From an uncultured Actinomycetota bacterium (GTDB lineage: Bacteria > Actinomycetota > Actinomycetes > Mycobacteriales > Mycobacteriaceae), in contig CAVOOG010000002.1 of NCBI GenBank assembly GCA_963697475.1, positions 3,038 to 67,037 of the forward strand: 64,000 nt of DNA, given 5' to 3'. Below are positions 1 to 13,323 of the stretch, piece by piece (positions within the stretch are counted from its first letter, which is position 1; each line of letters starts with the position of its first letter). The translations under genes were made by a program, and so were the position numbers. A model generated the notes under the pieces. That model did no database searches, was not told the origin of the DNA, and worked only from the letters and a program-made list of their open reading frames with translations.

Positions 1-255
1 GCTGAAGTTGTCGCTGGCGGGATAGTTCACCGGATACACGGCCACGGACTTACCGGGGGTCAGATTGCGGAACGTATCGACGAAGGCCTGGCCGGTACCG
101 CCGACGCCGGGTGCCTCGCTGGTACCGCGAGCGAAGACCACCTCCACGTCGGGACAGGGTTCTGCCGAAGCGGCGGGAGCGACGGTGCCGATCACCATCC
201 CCGAGGCGATCAGGGCGCCGGCTCCGAGAAACCGTACGGATTGACGAAGACTCAT
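1..255 (-). CDS. Cutinase family protein, 5' part (runs off window edge)
   Basis: Manual translation [13 protein letters not shown]...[51 protein letters not shown]; signal peptide plus mycobacterial cutinase N-terminal motif; GGAGGAG RBS upstream. Confidence 0.85.
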   Translation of the reverse strand, partial: MSLRQSVRFLGAGALIASGMVIGTVAPAASAEPCPDVEVVFARGTSEAPGVGGTGQAFVDTFRNLTPGKSVAVYPVNYPASDNFS

Positions 256-513
256 CAGCGAACTCCTCCGGGATACGGCTCGCGTTTCTGCTGGCAGCTG
301 GCGGCCTGCTTCATCATTACCCGCGAAGTTTGCCGCCGAAACCGCAGCCGGTCCGGGCTGGTGAGACGGCGACCCAGCCTGAACCTGAATAGACTCACGT
401 TGCCGCGTGTGGATAATCCACCTCGCTGAGTTACGAATGGCCAGTTGGCTGTAAAGTGTTTGTGTATGCGTGCCGAGCCGTCTGGTTCAGTCCAATGCCG
501 GGAAAGGCAACCG

Positions 514-969
514 TTGAACGCGGTCCTGTCGCGCACCGCCATTTTTCAGGATGTCAACCGGGATGCGATGGCGGCACTGGAAGCCGAACTGGAATGGATG
601 ACGTTCCCGCGCAATCACACGGTGTTCGCCGAGGGTGAGCCTGGCGACCGGTTGTATGTGGTCGTCCAGGGCAAGGTGAAGGTCGGTCGCCGGTCAGGGG
701 ACGGACGAGAGAGTCTGATCGCGGTGATGGGTCCGGGGGAGACGTTCGGCGAACTCGCGTTGTTCGATCCGGGTCCGCGGACGGCGACGGCGACGACGCT
801 GACCGAGGTGCGTGTCGCGGCGGTGTTGCGTCAGGCGCTGAGCGGCTGGATCGCCGAGCGCCCCGAGATCTCCGAACAGCTGCTGTTCGCGAGCCGGGGA
901 TGGATACGCCAGCAGGGCAAATCGGTTTTTGTGCTGGAGCCCGCGAAGCTGGCCCGCCGCGCCCGATAG
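514..969 (+). pseudogene. crp: Crp/Fnr-family cAMP-binding regulator with in-frame deletion of the C-helix/HTH region
   Basis: FPRNHTVFAEGEPGDRLY...FGELALFDPGPRTATA matches mycobacterial CRP; ...PEISEQLL is joined directly to FASRGWIR...LARRAR, about 70 aa missing. Confidence 0.8.
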
Positions 970-1456
970 CCCAGGCGGGCAGGGCACCACCCATGAGTTC
1001 CTCGGCGGCCATCGGGTGCTCCCTAGTGGTTAGCCGGTTGCGCGACGCACGGTGTGCCCGACGTTTTTTGGCTAGCGGTGAAGACCACAGCTCGTTACGC
1101 TTGAGACCGGTGACGCCGCGATGCCGCTAGGCGCCGCCGTTTTCGATTCGCTTCAGCGGAGACAGCGGATACCGGCAATTGATTCTAGGAACGATTGTGA
1201 GCGAGCGACTGTTTTCCGGTTTCGGGGATTCCGGGTGGGATCACGCACCGTGGGAGGAAGAACCGAGTTTCTCTGCTGCCGAACTGGATATTCTGCTGGA
1301 TCCAATGCTTTCGGCGGCCGAAGCAGCTGAACGGGTTGGCTGTGTACAACGCGATGTCGAGAGATTGCGTCGCACCGCGTAGCCACGCCCGACGGTCCAG
1401 CGCGCAAGCCCGCTGGTGCCAGACGTGGACACCAGGCGGGCTCGACGCACCGAAAC

Positions 1457-2110
1457 TCAGTTCGAGGCTTCCAGAATCTTGATCGCGAAGATGAGCGTGT
1501 CGCCCTTCTGGATGCCCGCCGAAGGCTGACCTTCGGCGTAGCCGTCGGCGGAGGTCATTGCGACGGCGACGGTGGATCCGACCTTCTGTCCGGCAATGGC
1601 CTTCTGGAATCCCGGGATGACGCCGTCGAGCGGGAAGTCCACCGGTGCGCCCGACTTATAGCTGCTGTCGAAGACGGAACCGTCACGACCATTGACACCC
1701 ATGTAGCAGACCGACACCGTCGCAGTTTCCGGGACGACCGGGCCATCTCCGGGCTTGAGCGTGTGCACCTGGGTCTCCGTCACACTGAACGGGCCGTTAA
1801 CGTCCACTATCGGCGAGGCCGTGTCGGTGGAACCGGTGACGGCGATGCTGCCGGTGGCGCCGGACAGTGTCCACTCGGGCGTTCCCGGGGCTTGCGGGGC
1901 GGCCGACGGGCAGGGGCTCGCGACGGGCGCCGTGTCGACGGCGGGCGGGTCGAATACGTCATTGGGGCTGGGGCTGGTGCTGGTGGTGGAGCTGGTCGAT
2001 GCGGCGCTTTCGGTGTCCGAGCCGCAGGCGGAGACGGTCATGGTGAGCGCCGCGGCGCCGGCGAGCAGTGCGATGGAGGAGGGGACGCGAGAACAATTCA
2101 CGTTCGCCAC
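1457..2110 (-). CDS. FKBP-type peptidyl-prolyl cis-trans isomerase lipoprotein
   Basis: Lipobox VSACG; YMGVNGRDGSVFDSSY...VIPGFQKAIAGQKVGS...GDTLIFAIKIL. Confidence 0.9.
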   Translation of the reverse strand: MANVNCSRVPSSIALLAGAAALTMTVSACGSDTESAASTSSTTSTSPSPNDVFDPPAVDTAPVASPCPSAAPQAPGTPEWTLSGATGSIAVTGSTDTASPIVDVNGPFSVTETQVHTLKPGDGPVVPETATVSVCYMGVNGRDGSVFDSSYKSGAPVDFPLDGVIPGFQKAIAGQKVGSTVAVAMTSADGYAEGQPSAGIQKGDTLIFAIKILEASN

Positions 2111-2227
2111 GCTACCGGCGCGGCAGTTCCGTCCGACCAGAAGGCCGGACCAACCAGGCGCGACTTCTCGGTTTGGGGCGGGCTGGGCGATGCGGTCCGA
2201 GCATCGGTTCAGCCGGGCCGGCCGGGC

Positions 2228-3667
2228 TCAGCCCGGCTGGATTTGCATGACCACAGCCTTGGGTTCGGTGAAGAATTCGCGGCTGAAGGTGCCGCCTTCC
2301 CGGCCGATGCCCGAGTCGCCGACCCCGCCGAAGGGTGCGCGCAGGTCGCGGACGAAAAAGCAATTGACCCACACGGTGCCGGCCCGCAGCGCCGCGGAGA
2401 CCCGGTGGGCGCGGTGCACGTTGTCGGTGAACAGCATCGCGTTCAGGCCGTAGCGAGTGTCGTTGGCCAGCCGGATCGCCTCGGCTTCGGTGTCGAATGG
2501 GATTACCACCGCCACCGGGCCGAAAATCTCCTCGCGGCTGCAGCGGGCCTGCTGGCCCAGTCCGGTCACGACGGTGGGCAGCACGCCCCCGCCCTCGCCG
2601 AGCCCGCCGGTGACGATGGAGCCGCCTTCGGACTCAATGGTGTCGACGTAGCTGCGCACCTTGCGGTAGTGCTCCTGGGAGGCCAGCGGGCCGATCTGGG
2701 TGGCCTCGTCCTTCGGGTCACCGACCACCATCGCCTGCGCGGCTTGGGTGAACCGACCCAAGAACTCGCCGTAGATGTCGCGCTGCACGTACAGCCGCGA
2801 CCCCGCCAGACACACCTGGCCGGTGTTGGTGAAAATCGCCTTGATGGACCACTCGACGGCGACGTCGAGGTCGGCGTCGGCGAACACCACGTTGGCGCCC
2901 TTGCCGCCGAGTTCCAAGCTGACCGGTGTCAGGTTGCCCGCCGCCGCCCGGGCGATCGCCCTGCCGGTGCCGGATTCGCCGGTGAAGGTGATCCGGTCGA
3001 CATCGGGGTTCTCGGTGAGCGCCTGCCCGGCAGAGTCGGGCCCGTAACCGTGCACCACATTGAACACCCCCGCCGGCATACCGGCTTCGAGCGCAAGCCG
3101 CCCTAGAATCGTGGCCGAAACTGGGGTGTCCTCGGCGGGTTTGAGCACCACGGTGTTGCCCCACGCCAGTGCCGGGGCAACCTTCCAGGTCTCCAGCATC
3201 AGCGGGAAGTTCCACGGCGCGATGGCCGCCACCACCCCGGCGGGTTCAAACCGGGTGTAGGTGTGGTGGCCGCTGTCCATGGGCAGCACCTCCGCGGTGG
3301 CCAGCCGCGCATGATCGGCGAAGAACCGGAAGTTCGCCGCCGCGCGGGGCACGTCGTTGCCGCGCGACTGGCTGATCGGCTTGCCCATGTCGCGGGTGTC
3401 GGCCATGCCGAGCTCGTCGGCGTGCGCCTCGATCAGATCGGCCAACCGATGCAGGATACGGCCGCGCTCGCCGTATCCCAGCCGCGGCCACGGTCCTTCG
3501 TCGAAGGCGCGCCGCGCCGCGGCCACCGCGCGGGCGGCATCCGTGGCGTCACCCAAAGCGACCTCGGCCCACTGCTGGCCGGTGTAGGGGTCGATGGAGG
3601 CGAACGTCGCATCCGAGGCCGACTTGACCTCTGCGCCATCGATGATGTGCCCGAAAAACTCCGTCAC
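2228..3667 (-). CDS. Aldehyde dehydrogenase, 2-hydroxy/2-aminomuconic semialdehyde dehydrogenase type
   Basis: PWNFP, FTGESGTG, LELGGK, GQVCLAGSR, EEIFGP motifs; in an operon with tautomerase and decarboxylase. Confidence 0.9.
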   Translation of the reverse strand: MTEFFGHIIDGAEVKSASDATFASIDPYTGQQWAEVALGDATDAARAVAAARRAFDEGPWPRLGYGERGRILHRLADLIEAHADELGMADTRDMGKPISQSRGNDVPRAAANFRFFADHARLATAEVLPMDSGHHTYTRFEPAGVVAAIAPWNFPLMLETWKVAPALAWGNTVVLKPAEDTPVSATILGRLALEAGMPAGVFNVVHGYGPDSAGQALTENPDVDRITFTGESGTGRAIARAAAGNLTPVSLELGGKGANVVFADADLDVAVEWSIKAIFTNTGQVCLAGSRLYVQRDIYGEFLGRFTQAAQAMVVGDPKDEATQIGPLASQEHYRKVRSYVDTIESEGGSIVTGGLGEGGGVLPTVVTGLGQQARCSREEIFGPVAVVIPFDTEAEAIRLANDTRYGLNAMLFTDNVHRAHRVSAALRAGTVWVNCFFVRDLRAPFGGVGDSGIGREGGTFSREFFTEPKAVVMQIQPG

Positions 3668-3876
3668 GCTTTCGTCTCCTTCGCTGTCGCCGCGCGTTCG
3701 GCCAGGGTTACCCCACCGGCCGACCAGTGGGTGGCCGGGACTTCGCGCACCACCACCCGGATATTGGCCTCCGGCGCGCCGATCGCCCGGTGCACCGCAG
3801 AGTGCACCTCAGCAAGCAGCGCCCGGATCTGCTCAGGACGACGCCCCTCGGCGAGCGTGATTTCCACCAGCGGCAT
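3664..3876 (-). CDS. 4-oxalocrotonate tautomerase
   Basis: 70 aa, MPLVEITLAEGRRPEQIRALL...WSAGG; catalytic N-terminal Pro. Confidence 0.9.
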   Translation of the reverse strand: MPLVEITLAEGRRPEQIRALLAEVHSAVHRAIGAPEANIRVVVREVPATHWSAGGVTLAERAATAKETKA

Positions 3877-3938
3877 CACTGACACCTCAACATGACCGAA
3901 CCCAGGTTTGTGGTTCCCCCGAAATCGTGGAGGGTTTC

Positions 3939-4874
3939 CTATGCCGCTTCCGGCTTGGTCTTGGATTCCCTGATCTCGTAGTTGACCGGCGAGAGCCCGT
4001 CTGCGGCACTGTGGCGACGTTGGTGATTGTAGAAGGTGTAACACCAGTCGATAACCACAGCCTGCGCCTGAATAGTATCACGGAAGCGATTGCGGGACAA
4101 CACTTCCCATTCCAACGAGGAGAAGAACGCCTCCGCGGCAGCATTGTCGAAACACGATCCGACCCGGCCCATCGACTGCCGAATCCCCAACTGCCGGCAC
4201 AGCGTGGTGAACGCGTTCGCGGTATAGGTACTACCGCGGTCGGTATGGAATATGACCCGCTGCGACTCCTCATCCCGCCAGATCGCTTGGCGGCCACCAC
4301 GCGCGGCCACCGCCATCTTGATCGCAGCGCACGCCAACTCGGCATCCGGATGCAGGCCCATCGCCGCCCCCAGCAGCCGGCGACTGAAGAGGTCGATCAC
4401 CGTCGCCAAATACAGTTTCTGCCCGGACTCGGTAGGGATCTCAGTCATGTCACCGACCCATTTGCGGTTCGGCTCGGCCGCAGTGAAGTTCCGTTTGACC
4501 AGGTCAGGGAACTTCGGTGCCGTCTTGTCCTGCCTGGTGAGCCCATTGCGGCGTTTGATGCAGCGCGCCACCAAACCCTGGCGGCGCATCGAGTCGGCCA
4601 CCGTCTTTTCCGACACCTCCCACCCCAGATCGCGCAGGTCAGCGATCAGCCGCGGCGAACCATGCAACCCCTTGGCCGCAGCAAACGCCGCGGCGACCGC
4701 CTCATCGAGCTGCGCGCGACGCCGATCGGTGTCGGTATGCAACCCATCGGCGCTCTCAGCACGGGTGATCCACTTGTAGAACCACGATATGCTCACCCCT
4801 AACAGTACACACGTAATCGTATGCGGCACACGGTATTTGGTCCTCTGGTCGGCGATGAAGCGTGCCACGCTCAC
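3939..4874 (-). CDS. IS3-family transposase OrfB (DDE)
   Basis: HGSPRL, WVGDMTE, FHTDRGSTY, DNAAAEAFFSSLEWE motifs. Confidence 0.92.
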   Translation of the reverse strand: MSVARFIADQRTKYRVPHTITCVLLGVSISWFYKWITRAESADGLHTDTDRRRAQLDEAVAAAFAAAKGLHGSPRLIADLRDLGWEVSEKTVADSMRRQGLVARCIKRRNGLTRQDKTAPKFPDLVKRNFTAAEPNRKWVGDMTEIPTESGQKLYLATVIDLFSRRLLGAAMGLHPDAELACAAIKMAVAARGGRQAIWRDEESQRVIFHTDRGSTYTANAFTTLCRQLGIRQSMGRVGSCFDNAAAEAFFSSLEWEVLSRNRFRDTIQAQAVVIDWCYTFYNHQRRHSAADGLSPVNYEIRESKTKPEAA

Positions 4875-5161
4875 TTCGTCGCCTCCTTCACCCACAGGAC
4901 CACTGATCGCTTGAGGACATCGCGCTCCATCCGCAGCTCCGCGTTCTCGCTGCGCAAACGTTTGAGCTCCTCGACATCGTCGCGGGTCAACTCTCCGCGG
5001 CCCTCCCGAGCCTCCCGGGCACGAGTCACCCAGTTTCCCAGCGTGCCCTCGTTGACCCCCAGATCACGCGCAACCGCCGCGATGGGCTTACCCGTCTCCT
5101 CGACGATCCGAACCGCTCCCTCACGGAACTCCCGGTCGTACTTCTTCCGTTTCTCTGGCAT
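4871..5161 (-). CDS. IS3-family transposase OrfA (HTH)
   Basis: KKYDREFREGAVRIV...VARDLGVNEGTLGNWV; GTGA overlap with orfB. Confidence 0.92.
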   Translation of the reverse strand: MPEKRKKYDREFREGAVRIVEETGKPIAAVARDLGVNEGTLGNWVTRAREAREGRGELTRDDVEELKRLRSENAELRMERDVLKRSVVLWVKEATK

Positions 5162-5204
5162 CGCTACTCCTTATAGCTCATGCCTCCACGGTCTCGGGGG
5201 AACC

Positions 5205-5927
5205 TCAGTTGGAGAAGTCGGCGCTGACTAGACTGCCCCGTTCGACGAACACGGCGTCGGTCATGCCGCCCGTTAACACCACCCAGCCCGGCTCCAACGC
5301 CAGCTGCCGCTTGGCCAGCGCGTTGGCCGCCAACGCCAATGCCTCCCCCGGATGGCCCTGCACCGCGGCGCCCGTAGCGGAGTCGACGACTTCACCGTCC
5401 ACCGCCAACAGGCACGCTTCCAGCGCGACGTCGATTTCGTCGGGTTTGCGAGCGACGCCCCCGATCACGAACAACGCCGAGGAGGCGTTGTCGGCCACCA
5501 CATCGGGCAGGGTGAACTTGAAGTCGGTGTAGCGGCTGTCGATGATCTCCAGCCCGCCATAAACGTGCGATACCGCTTCCATCGCCCGCGCGGCCGTGAT
5601 GCCGGGCCCGGCCAGCCGCTCGCCCAGCACGAACACGATCTCCGGTTCCACCCGCGGATGAATCAGCTGCTCAATGACCAGCGGCGCGCCGGCGGGTAGC
5701 ACCATCCGATCTGTCAGCCACGCCGTCGACGGCGAGTTCACGCCCATGCGTTGCTGCTTGGCGCGCGACGTCAGCCCGAGCTTCACTCCGACGATGTGCT
5801 GCCCGGATTCCACCTTGCGACACAAGATCTCGTCTTGCACCTGGTAAGCAGTGTCCAGATCCAACCCAGCCCACTCGGCCGTGATCGGGCCGCGATCAAC
5901 ACGCGCAGCCTCAGCGTCCAACAGCAC
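5205..5927 (-). pseudogene. 4-oxalocrotonate decarboxylase / 2-keto-4-pentenoate hydratase family, truncated at both ends
   Basis: GVKLGLTS, HPRVEPE, VVADNASS, GQHPG-like and LTGGMT motifs; last 9 codons (LGSVMLRCQ) lie beyond the IS at 3876-3905; 5' end lost at a junction. Confidence 0.85.
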
Positions 5928-6130
5928 CCGAGATCCAAACCGGCCTGGCCGAGGGCGCCCTGCCAGAGGAATTCCGGTCGATCACCGACATCGCCGTCAG
6001 CCTCATCCCGATGCGACGCCCCGCCACCGTCGACGAAGTCGCGGCCGCGGTGCTGTTCCTGGCCTCTGAGGAGGCCAGCTTCATCACCGGACAAGTGCTC
6101 AGCGTCAACGGGGGAAGCAGTATGGGCTGA
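5927..6130 (+). pseudogene. C-terminal fragment of a short-chain dehydrogenase/reductase
   Basis: Manual translation ...IPMRRPATVDEVAAAVLFLASEEASFITGQVLSVNGGSSMG*. Confidence 0.8.
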
Positions 6131-6195
6131 CCGCGGCCACGAGCAGTCCGGTTCCCGAACCCGGGTGCTTGCCGAGCAGGTGGTTCGACGATCGA

Positions 6196-9304
<3,109 letters not shown>

Positions 9305-9391
9305 CCCTGGTGAGTGGGCGAGTCTAGAGCGGGTAACGCGCAACTGATCGGCCGCCGTGTCCACTGTCTACAATTTGTCTACACTGGCTCC

Positions 9392-9625
9392 ATGGCAGCA
9401 GAAACCACAGCTGTCCGAGTCTGCCGTCCCGATTCTGAGCGGCTGCAGTCTCTAGCCAAGGCCCGTCAAACCGCCGTCATCGACGTCGTGCACGCAGCCA
9501 TCGACGCCTTGGAGAGGCAGGAATTCCTGCGGGGGCTCAATGGGGATTACCAGCGCCTGCGCAACGACCCCGAACTGTGGGAGCAGTACCTGGCCGAGCG
9601 TCATGAGTGGGACGCACTGGCTTGA
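9392..9625 (+). CDS. Putative RHH-type antitoxin
   Basis: 77 aa; TACACT 6 nt upstream of ATG; stop overlaps TTG of a mazF-like gene. Confidence 0.7.
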   Translation: MAAETTAVRVCRPDSERLQSLAKARQTAVIDVVHAAIDALERQEFLRGLNGDYQRLRNDPELWEQYLAERHEWDALA

Positions 9626-9710
9626 TCTGGCGGGGGGAGGTCTACCACGTCGACCTCGGCCAACCAGTCGGACACGAGCCAGCCTTTCGCCGCCCGGTGG
9701 CGGTCTCGCT
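9622..9710 (+). pseudogene. Truncated MazF/PemK toxin
   Basis: MIWRGEVYHVDLGQPVGHEPAFRRPVAVS then similarity stops just before the repeat at 9724. Confidence 0.75.
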
Positions 9711-9723
9711 CGGTCAACCCGAG

Positions 9724-9780
9724 AACAATTGGCGGGCAGTGCAATACGGCGTACTTTACTGGTAACCCGCCATATTCGAT
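9724..9780 (+). repeat. Dispersed repeat copy A (dif-site flanks lacking core)
   Basis: AACAATTGGCGGGCAGTGCAATACGGCGTACTTTACTG|GTAACCCGCCATATTCGAT aligns with 11651, 20685 and the reverse complement of 33487-33542. Confidence 0.7.
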
Positions 9781-9937
9781 TCCGCCGTATGGGGTCACGA
9801 CGGCGGCAGCGCCGCCACTTCGAGTGGCGTGTATTGCGGGTCGACAGTCGACGGTGGCGCTATCCGTTTGTCACCGTCGAACCGATGAGGGTGCAGTGGC
9901 CTTCAGCGGCGGGAGAACCAGGTCCGACACCTCTGTG

Positions 9938-10939
9938 TCAGCTCTGGGCGAGCAGCACGAACGTCAGGTAGGTCAGATATGCGGCGACCATGGCGCCGCC
10001 CTCGCCGCGGCTGATCCGTCGGCCCGACACGAAGATTGGGATGCAGACCAGCGCGACGGCCACCAGGATCGGGATATCTACCCGGACCAGGCTGGCGGGC
10101 ATTACCAAGCCGTCGGACGCGGCGATGCAGATGACACCGAGGATGAGCAGGACGTTGTAGATGCTGCTGCCGAGCAGGTTGCCGACCGCGATATCGCGGT
10201 TACCGCGCAGTGTGGACACCACCGTCGTCACCAGCTCCGGCACGGACGTGCCGATCGCCACCACCGTCAGTCCGATCAGCGCGTCGGAGACCCCGAAGCT
10301 GCGCGCCATGCCCACCGCGCCGTTGACCAGCCAGTCCGCACCGCTCACCACGAGGACGATACCGATCAGCATCATGCGCACATGCCACGCGGTCGGGCGG
10401 ATGCGCGCGGCGGTCTCGCCGGGCTCCTCGGATGCGTATTCCTCGTCGTACTCGTCTTCCTCGTCGTACTCACCGACGACGGCGTGTGATTCGCGGCGCG
10501 TCATCCGGATCAACGCGACGGTGTAGGCCACCGCACAGGTCACCAGGATGATGCCGTCGACCCGCGATAGCGTGCCGTCCAGCGACAACACCAGCATCAA
10601 CACCGCCGCGCCGGCCATCACCGGCAGCTCGAAACGCAGCGTCCGAGCCGCCATCGCGAGCGGCAGGATCAGCGCGCTCAGGCCGAGGATCAGCAGCAGA
10701 TTGACGATGTTGGTGCCGGTGAGATTGCCGACCGCCAGTGTCCCGCTGCCCTCGCGCGCGGAGACCACCCCGATGGCGAGTTCCGGCATGCTGGTGCCGA
10801 TGGACACCACGGTCAGGCCGATGACGATCGGGCTGATACCGAACCGAGCCGCGACTTCCGCGCCACCGCGGACCATCATGTCGGCCCCGAACACCAGAGC
10901 GGCCAGGCCCACCAGGAACCCGACCGCGTCCGTCAGCAT
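9938..10939 (-). CDS. Calcium/sodium antiporter (CaCA family, YrbG-like)
   Basis: Two alpha repeats GTSMPEL/GTSVPEL and GNLTGTN/GNLLGSS; about 10 hydrophobic segments. Confidence 0.9.
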   Translation of the reverse strand: MLTDAVGFLVGLAALVFGADMMVRGGAEVAARFGISPIVIGLTVVSIGTSMPELAIGVVSAREGSGTLAVGNLTGTNIVNLLLILGLSALILPLAMAARTLRFELPVMAGAAVLMLVLSLDGTLSRVDGIILVTCAVAYTVALIRMTRRESHAVVGEYDEEDEYDEEYASEEPGETAARIRPTAWHVRMMLIGIVLVVSGADWLVNGAVGMARSFGVSDALIGLTVVAIGTSVPELVTTVVSTLRGNRDIAVGNLLGSSIYNVLLILGVICIAASDGLVMPASLVRVDIPILVAVALVCIPIFVSGRRISRGEGGAMVAAYLTYLTFVLLAQS

Positions 10940-10998
10940 CGCGACGAGCCTATCGGCGACGAGTTCGCGAGCCACGAGCGGTCGGCGGTCCATACGAC

Positions 10999-11121
10999 AT
11001 GAGCAACGCTCTATGGCCCTTGGTGCACGCCGAGCGCGCCGCCGTGATCGCCGACCTCAGCGGTCTCGATGCCGAGCGGTGGAACGCCAAATCGCTGGGC
11101 GCCGGGTGGTCGGTGCACGAT
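10999..11121 (+). pseudogene. N-terminal remnant of a mycothiol-dependent maleylpyruvate isomerase-like (DinB-fold) protein
   Basis: Manual translation MSNALWPLVHAERAAVIADLSGLDAERWNAKSLGAGWSVHD. Confidence 0.6.
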
Positions 11122-11637
11122 CAGGGCCCCGGAAAGGTCGTTGGTGGAGTGCTGTGACCTGTGGGTTTGTGGCGGTGTGACCGGCGTGGCTGCTGTGGCG
11201 GGTGTGACCTGCGGGCTTGGATGGGAGGTATCTGTCCACGGGAACCGTGGAATGTTGCCGTCGAGCACGAGTGTCAGAATCCTGTTTCACTCCCGCCCTC
11301 CCCGAAACACCCTCCACAGCAACGAATTACGGTACAACAGATTGAGGTGATGGGTGATGGATGTGATGCACCCGTCGACAGCAACCCGATCAGCACCAAC
11401 TGCCGGCGCACCCTCGAACGCATCGTCGCCGACGTTGACCGTGATCAGGTCGTTGCGCACAAGACGGGTTGTGGGCGAACGGATTTCTTGGAAGTGCACC
11501 AGCGGACATGCTCGCACACCAGGGGATGCCCGCCAACTCGATCGAGACTTGCACGTCAGTCCGTCGACCGCCAGTTTGATTGCGACAACCGCCCAGTCCT
11601 AACTGAGACCGGACAGGTCGCTCGAAGCATCCATGAT

Positions 11638-13026
11638 TCATCTGATGAAAACGGCGTAGTTTGCTGGTAACACTGCATATTCAAGCTCTGCATAATCATT
11701 CGACCCGGTGTCCGAGCGACTCATCCCAGGATCGCCCGAGCTGCGCGCTCTGCGATCAACATTGACCGGCGCGTTGGTGTTACCGGAAGTGATGGTGGGC
11801 ATCGCCGACGCATCGGCCACTCGAAGAGCGGCGACGCGGTACACGCGACAGTCGGTGTCGAGCACCGTGGCGGTCGACCGTGGCAGGCCGCGTATGTCAA
11901 AGGCTCCCATCGCGCATGTGCCCACCGGATGAAAGATCGTTGTACCGAGTTCGCGGGCCGCGTTCTGCAGGTCTTCGTCGCTCACCAGTTGCGGGCCGGG
12001 AAGCATCTCTTCTGGGCAGTAGGGGGCCAGGGACGGCGCCGCCATGATGTGCCGGGTCATCCGGAGGCCGCGCACGGCCGCTTTAAGATCGGCGTCAGTG
12101 GACAGGTAATTGCAGGCGATCTTCGGGTAGGTCAGCGGATCTGCACTGGCTAGGCGTACATGGCCTCGGGAGCTGGGTCGCAGATTGCACACCGAGGGTG
12201 TGATCGCTCCGAAACGGTGCAGCGGTTCGCCGAACTTGGCCAACGACGAGGGCTGTACATGCCACTCCAAGTCGGGACTGGCCAGCGTGGAGTCGCTTTT
12301 GGCGAAAGCGCCCAGCGTGGAGGGCGGCATGGTCATGGGTCCTGTTCGCAGTAGCAGGTATTGAAGTCCCATGCCTGCACGGGTGATCCAATTGCGGTAC
12401 AGCGTGTTGACGGTCCGGGCGCCCTGCACCCGGTAGACCGTTCGCAGCTGCAGGTGGTCCTGGAGGTTTTCGCCCACTCCTGGAAGATCGACGGCCACCG
12501 GCACGTGATGCTGGGTGAGCAGCCCGGCTGGGCCCAGACCCGAGGCCTCCATGAGATGCGGTGACCCAATCGCTCCCGGCGCTCAGGATTACCTCCCTGC
12601 CGGCTTGGACATCGACGATTTGGCCATCTTTGAGCAGCCGCACACCGGTGGCACGGCGCTGAGCTGTGATCCAGGCACCGTGACGCTGATGGTCGTGGCC
12701 CATAGGTCGTAATCGGAGGCCTGTCCGCGCATATGGATCATGGCGTTGATTGAAGCGCTGCCGCCGATTACGCGGCCTCGCGCGTAGGGAATGCTGCGGC
12801 CCGCCAGACCTGGGTCAGCCTCGGTCGTGAAGCACCAGTCGGTGCGGGGGTTGGCGATTGTGTACAGGTAGCCCACCGGCACTTTGATCCAGAAGTGATT
12901 GTCTTTTCCGCCTGCCTCAATCAGGAGCACACGGTGATCAGGGTTGGCGCTGAGCCGGTTGGCGAGCAGGCAGCCCGCACTGCCTGCTCCCACGATGACG
13001 AAGTCGAATTCGGCGACGGGGCTCAT
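11638..13026 (-). pseudogene. GMC oxidoreductase (choline dehydrogenase-like) with internal deletion and frameshifts
   Basis: IVGAGSAG, RGRVIGGSASIN; VGENLQDH; FHPVGTC, ITSGNTNAP in different frames. Confidence 0.88.
11651..11696 (+). repeat. Dispersed repeat copy C (dif-site flanks lacking core)
   Basis: ACGGCGTAGTTTGCTG|GTAACACTGCATATTCAAGCTCTGCATA. Confidence 0.7.
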
Positions 13027-13323
13027 TTCCGGCATCGTTTCTCCATGGCGTCAGGTGCGTGTCTTAGTGCGCGATGACCGCCCGGCACGTGCGCGACCCG
13101 TGTGTGCTGTCGAAGTACACCGTAGTGACGTGATCGACAAGCTCACAACCATCAAGAGGTCGAGCTTCCATGCCCGAGTCGGTCGGCTTACAGCGGAGTA
13201 AGACGTCGACGTCAAGCAACGAGAATGGCATTCCTCGGCGTTGGCGGGCTGCTCTACGCCGGGGCGGCCCAGTTACTCGTCGCGTTGCAGCCCACGAAAA
13301 AAATTGGGTAGAGTGACGACGAT

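Larger units (their letters stand above)
3909..5207 (-). mobile_element. Complete IS3-family insertion sequence (1299 bp)
   Basis: Terminal IRs TGTGGTTCCCCCGAAATCGTGGAGG / TGAGGTTCCCCCGAGACCGTGGAGG (22/25 match); 3-bp target duplication GTT at 3906-3908 and 5208-5210. Confidence 0.95.

Noticed and set aside
1179-1382. 67-aa ORF with an HTH-like tail (SAAEAAERVGC)
   Set aside because: Too short and ambiguous; no clear start context or family motif
1763-3106. Long antisense or alternate-frame ORFs (also 3927-4802, 16137-17129, 24680-26367, 37223-38857, 44929-46254)
   Set aside because: Shadows of real high-GC genes on the other strand or frame; low-complexity Arg/Ala/Gly/Pro content and no motifs
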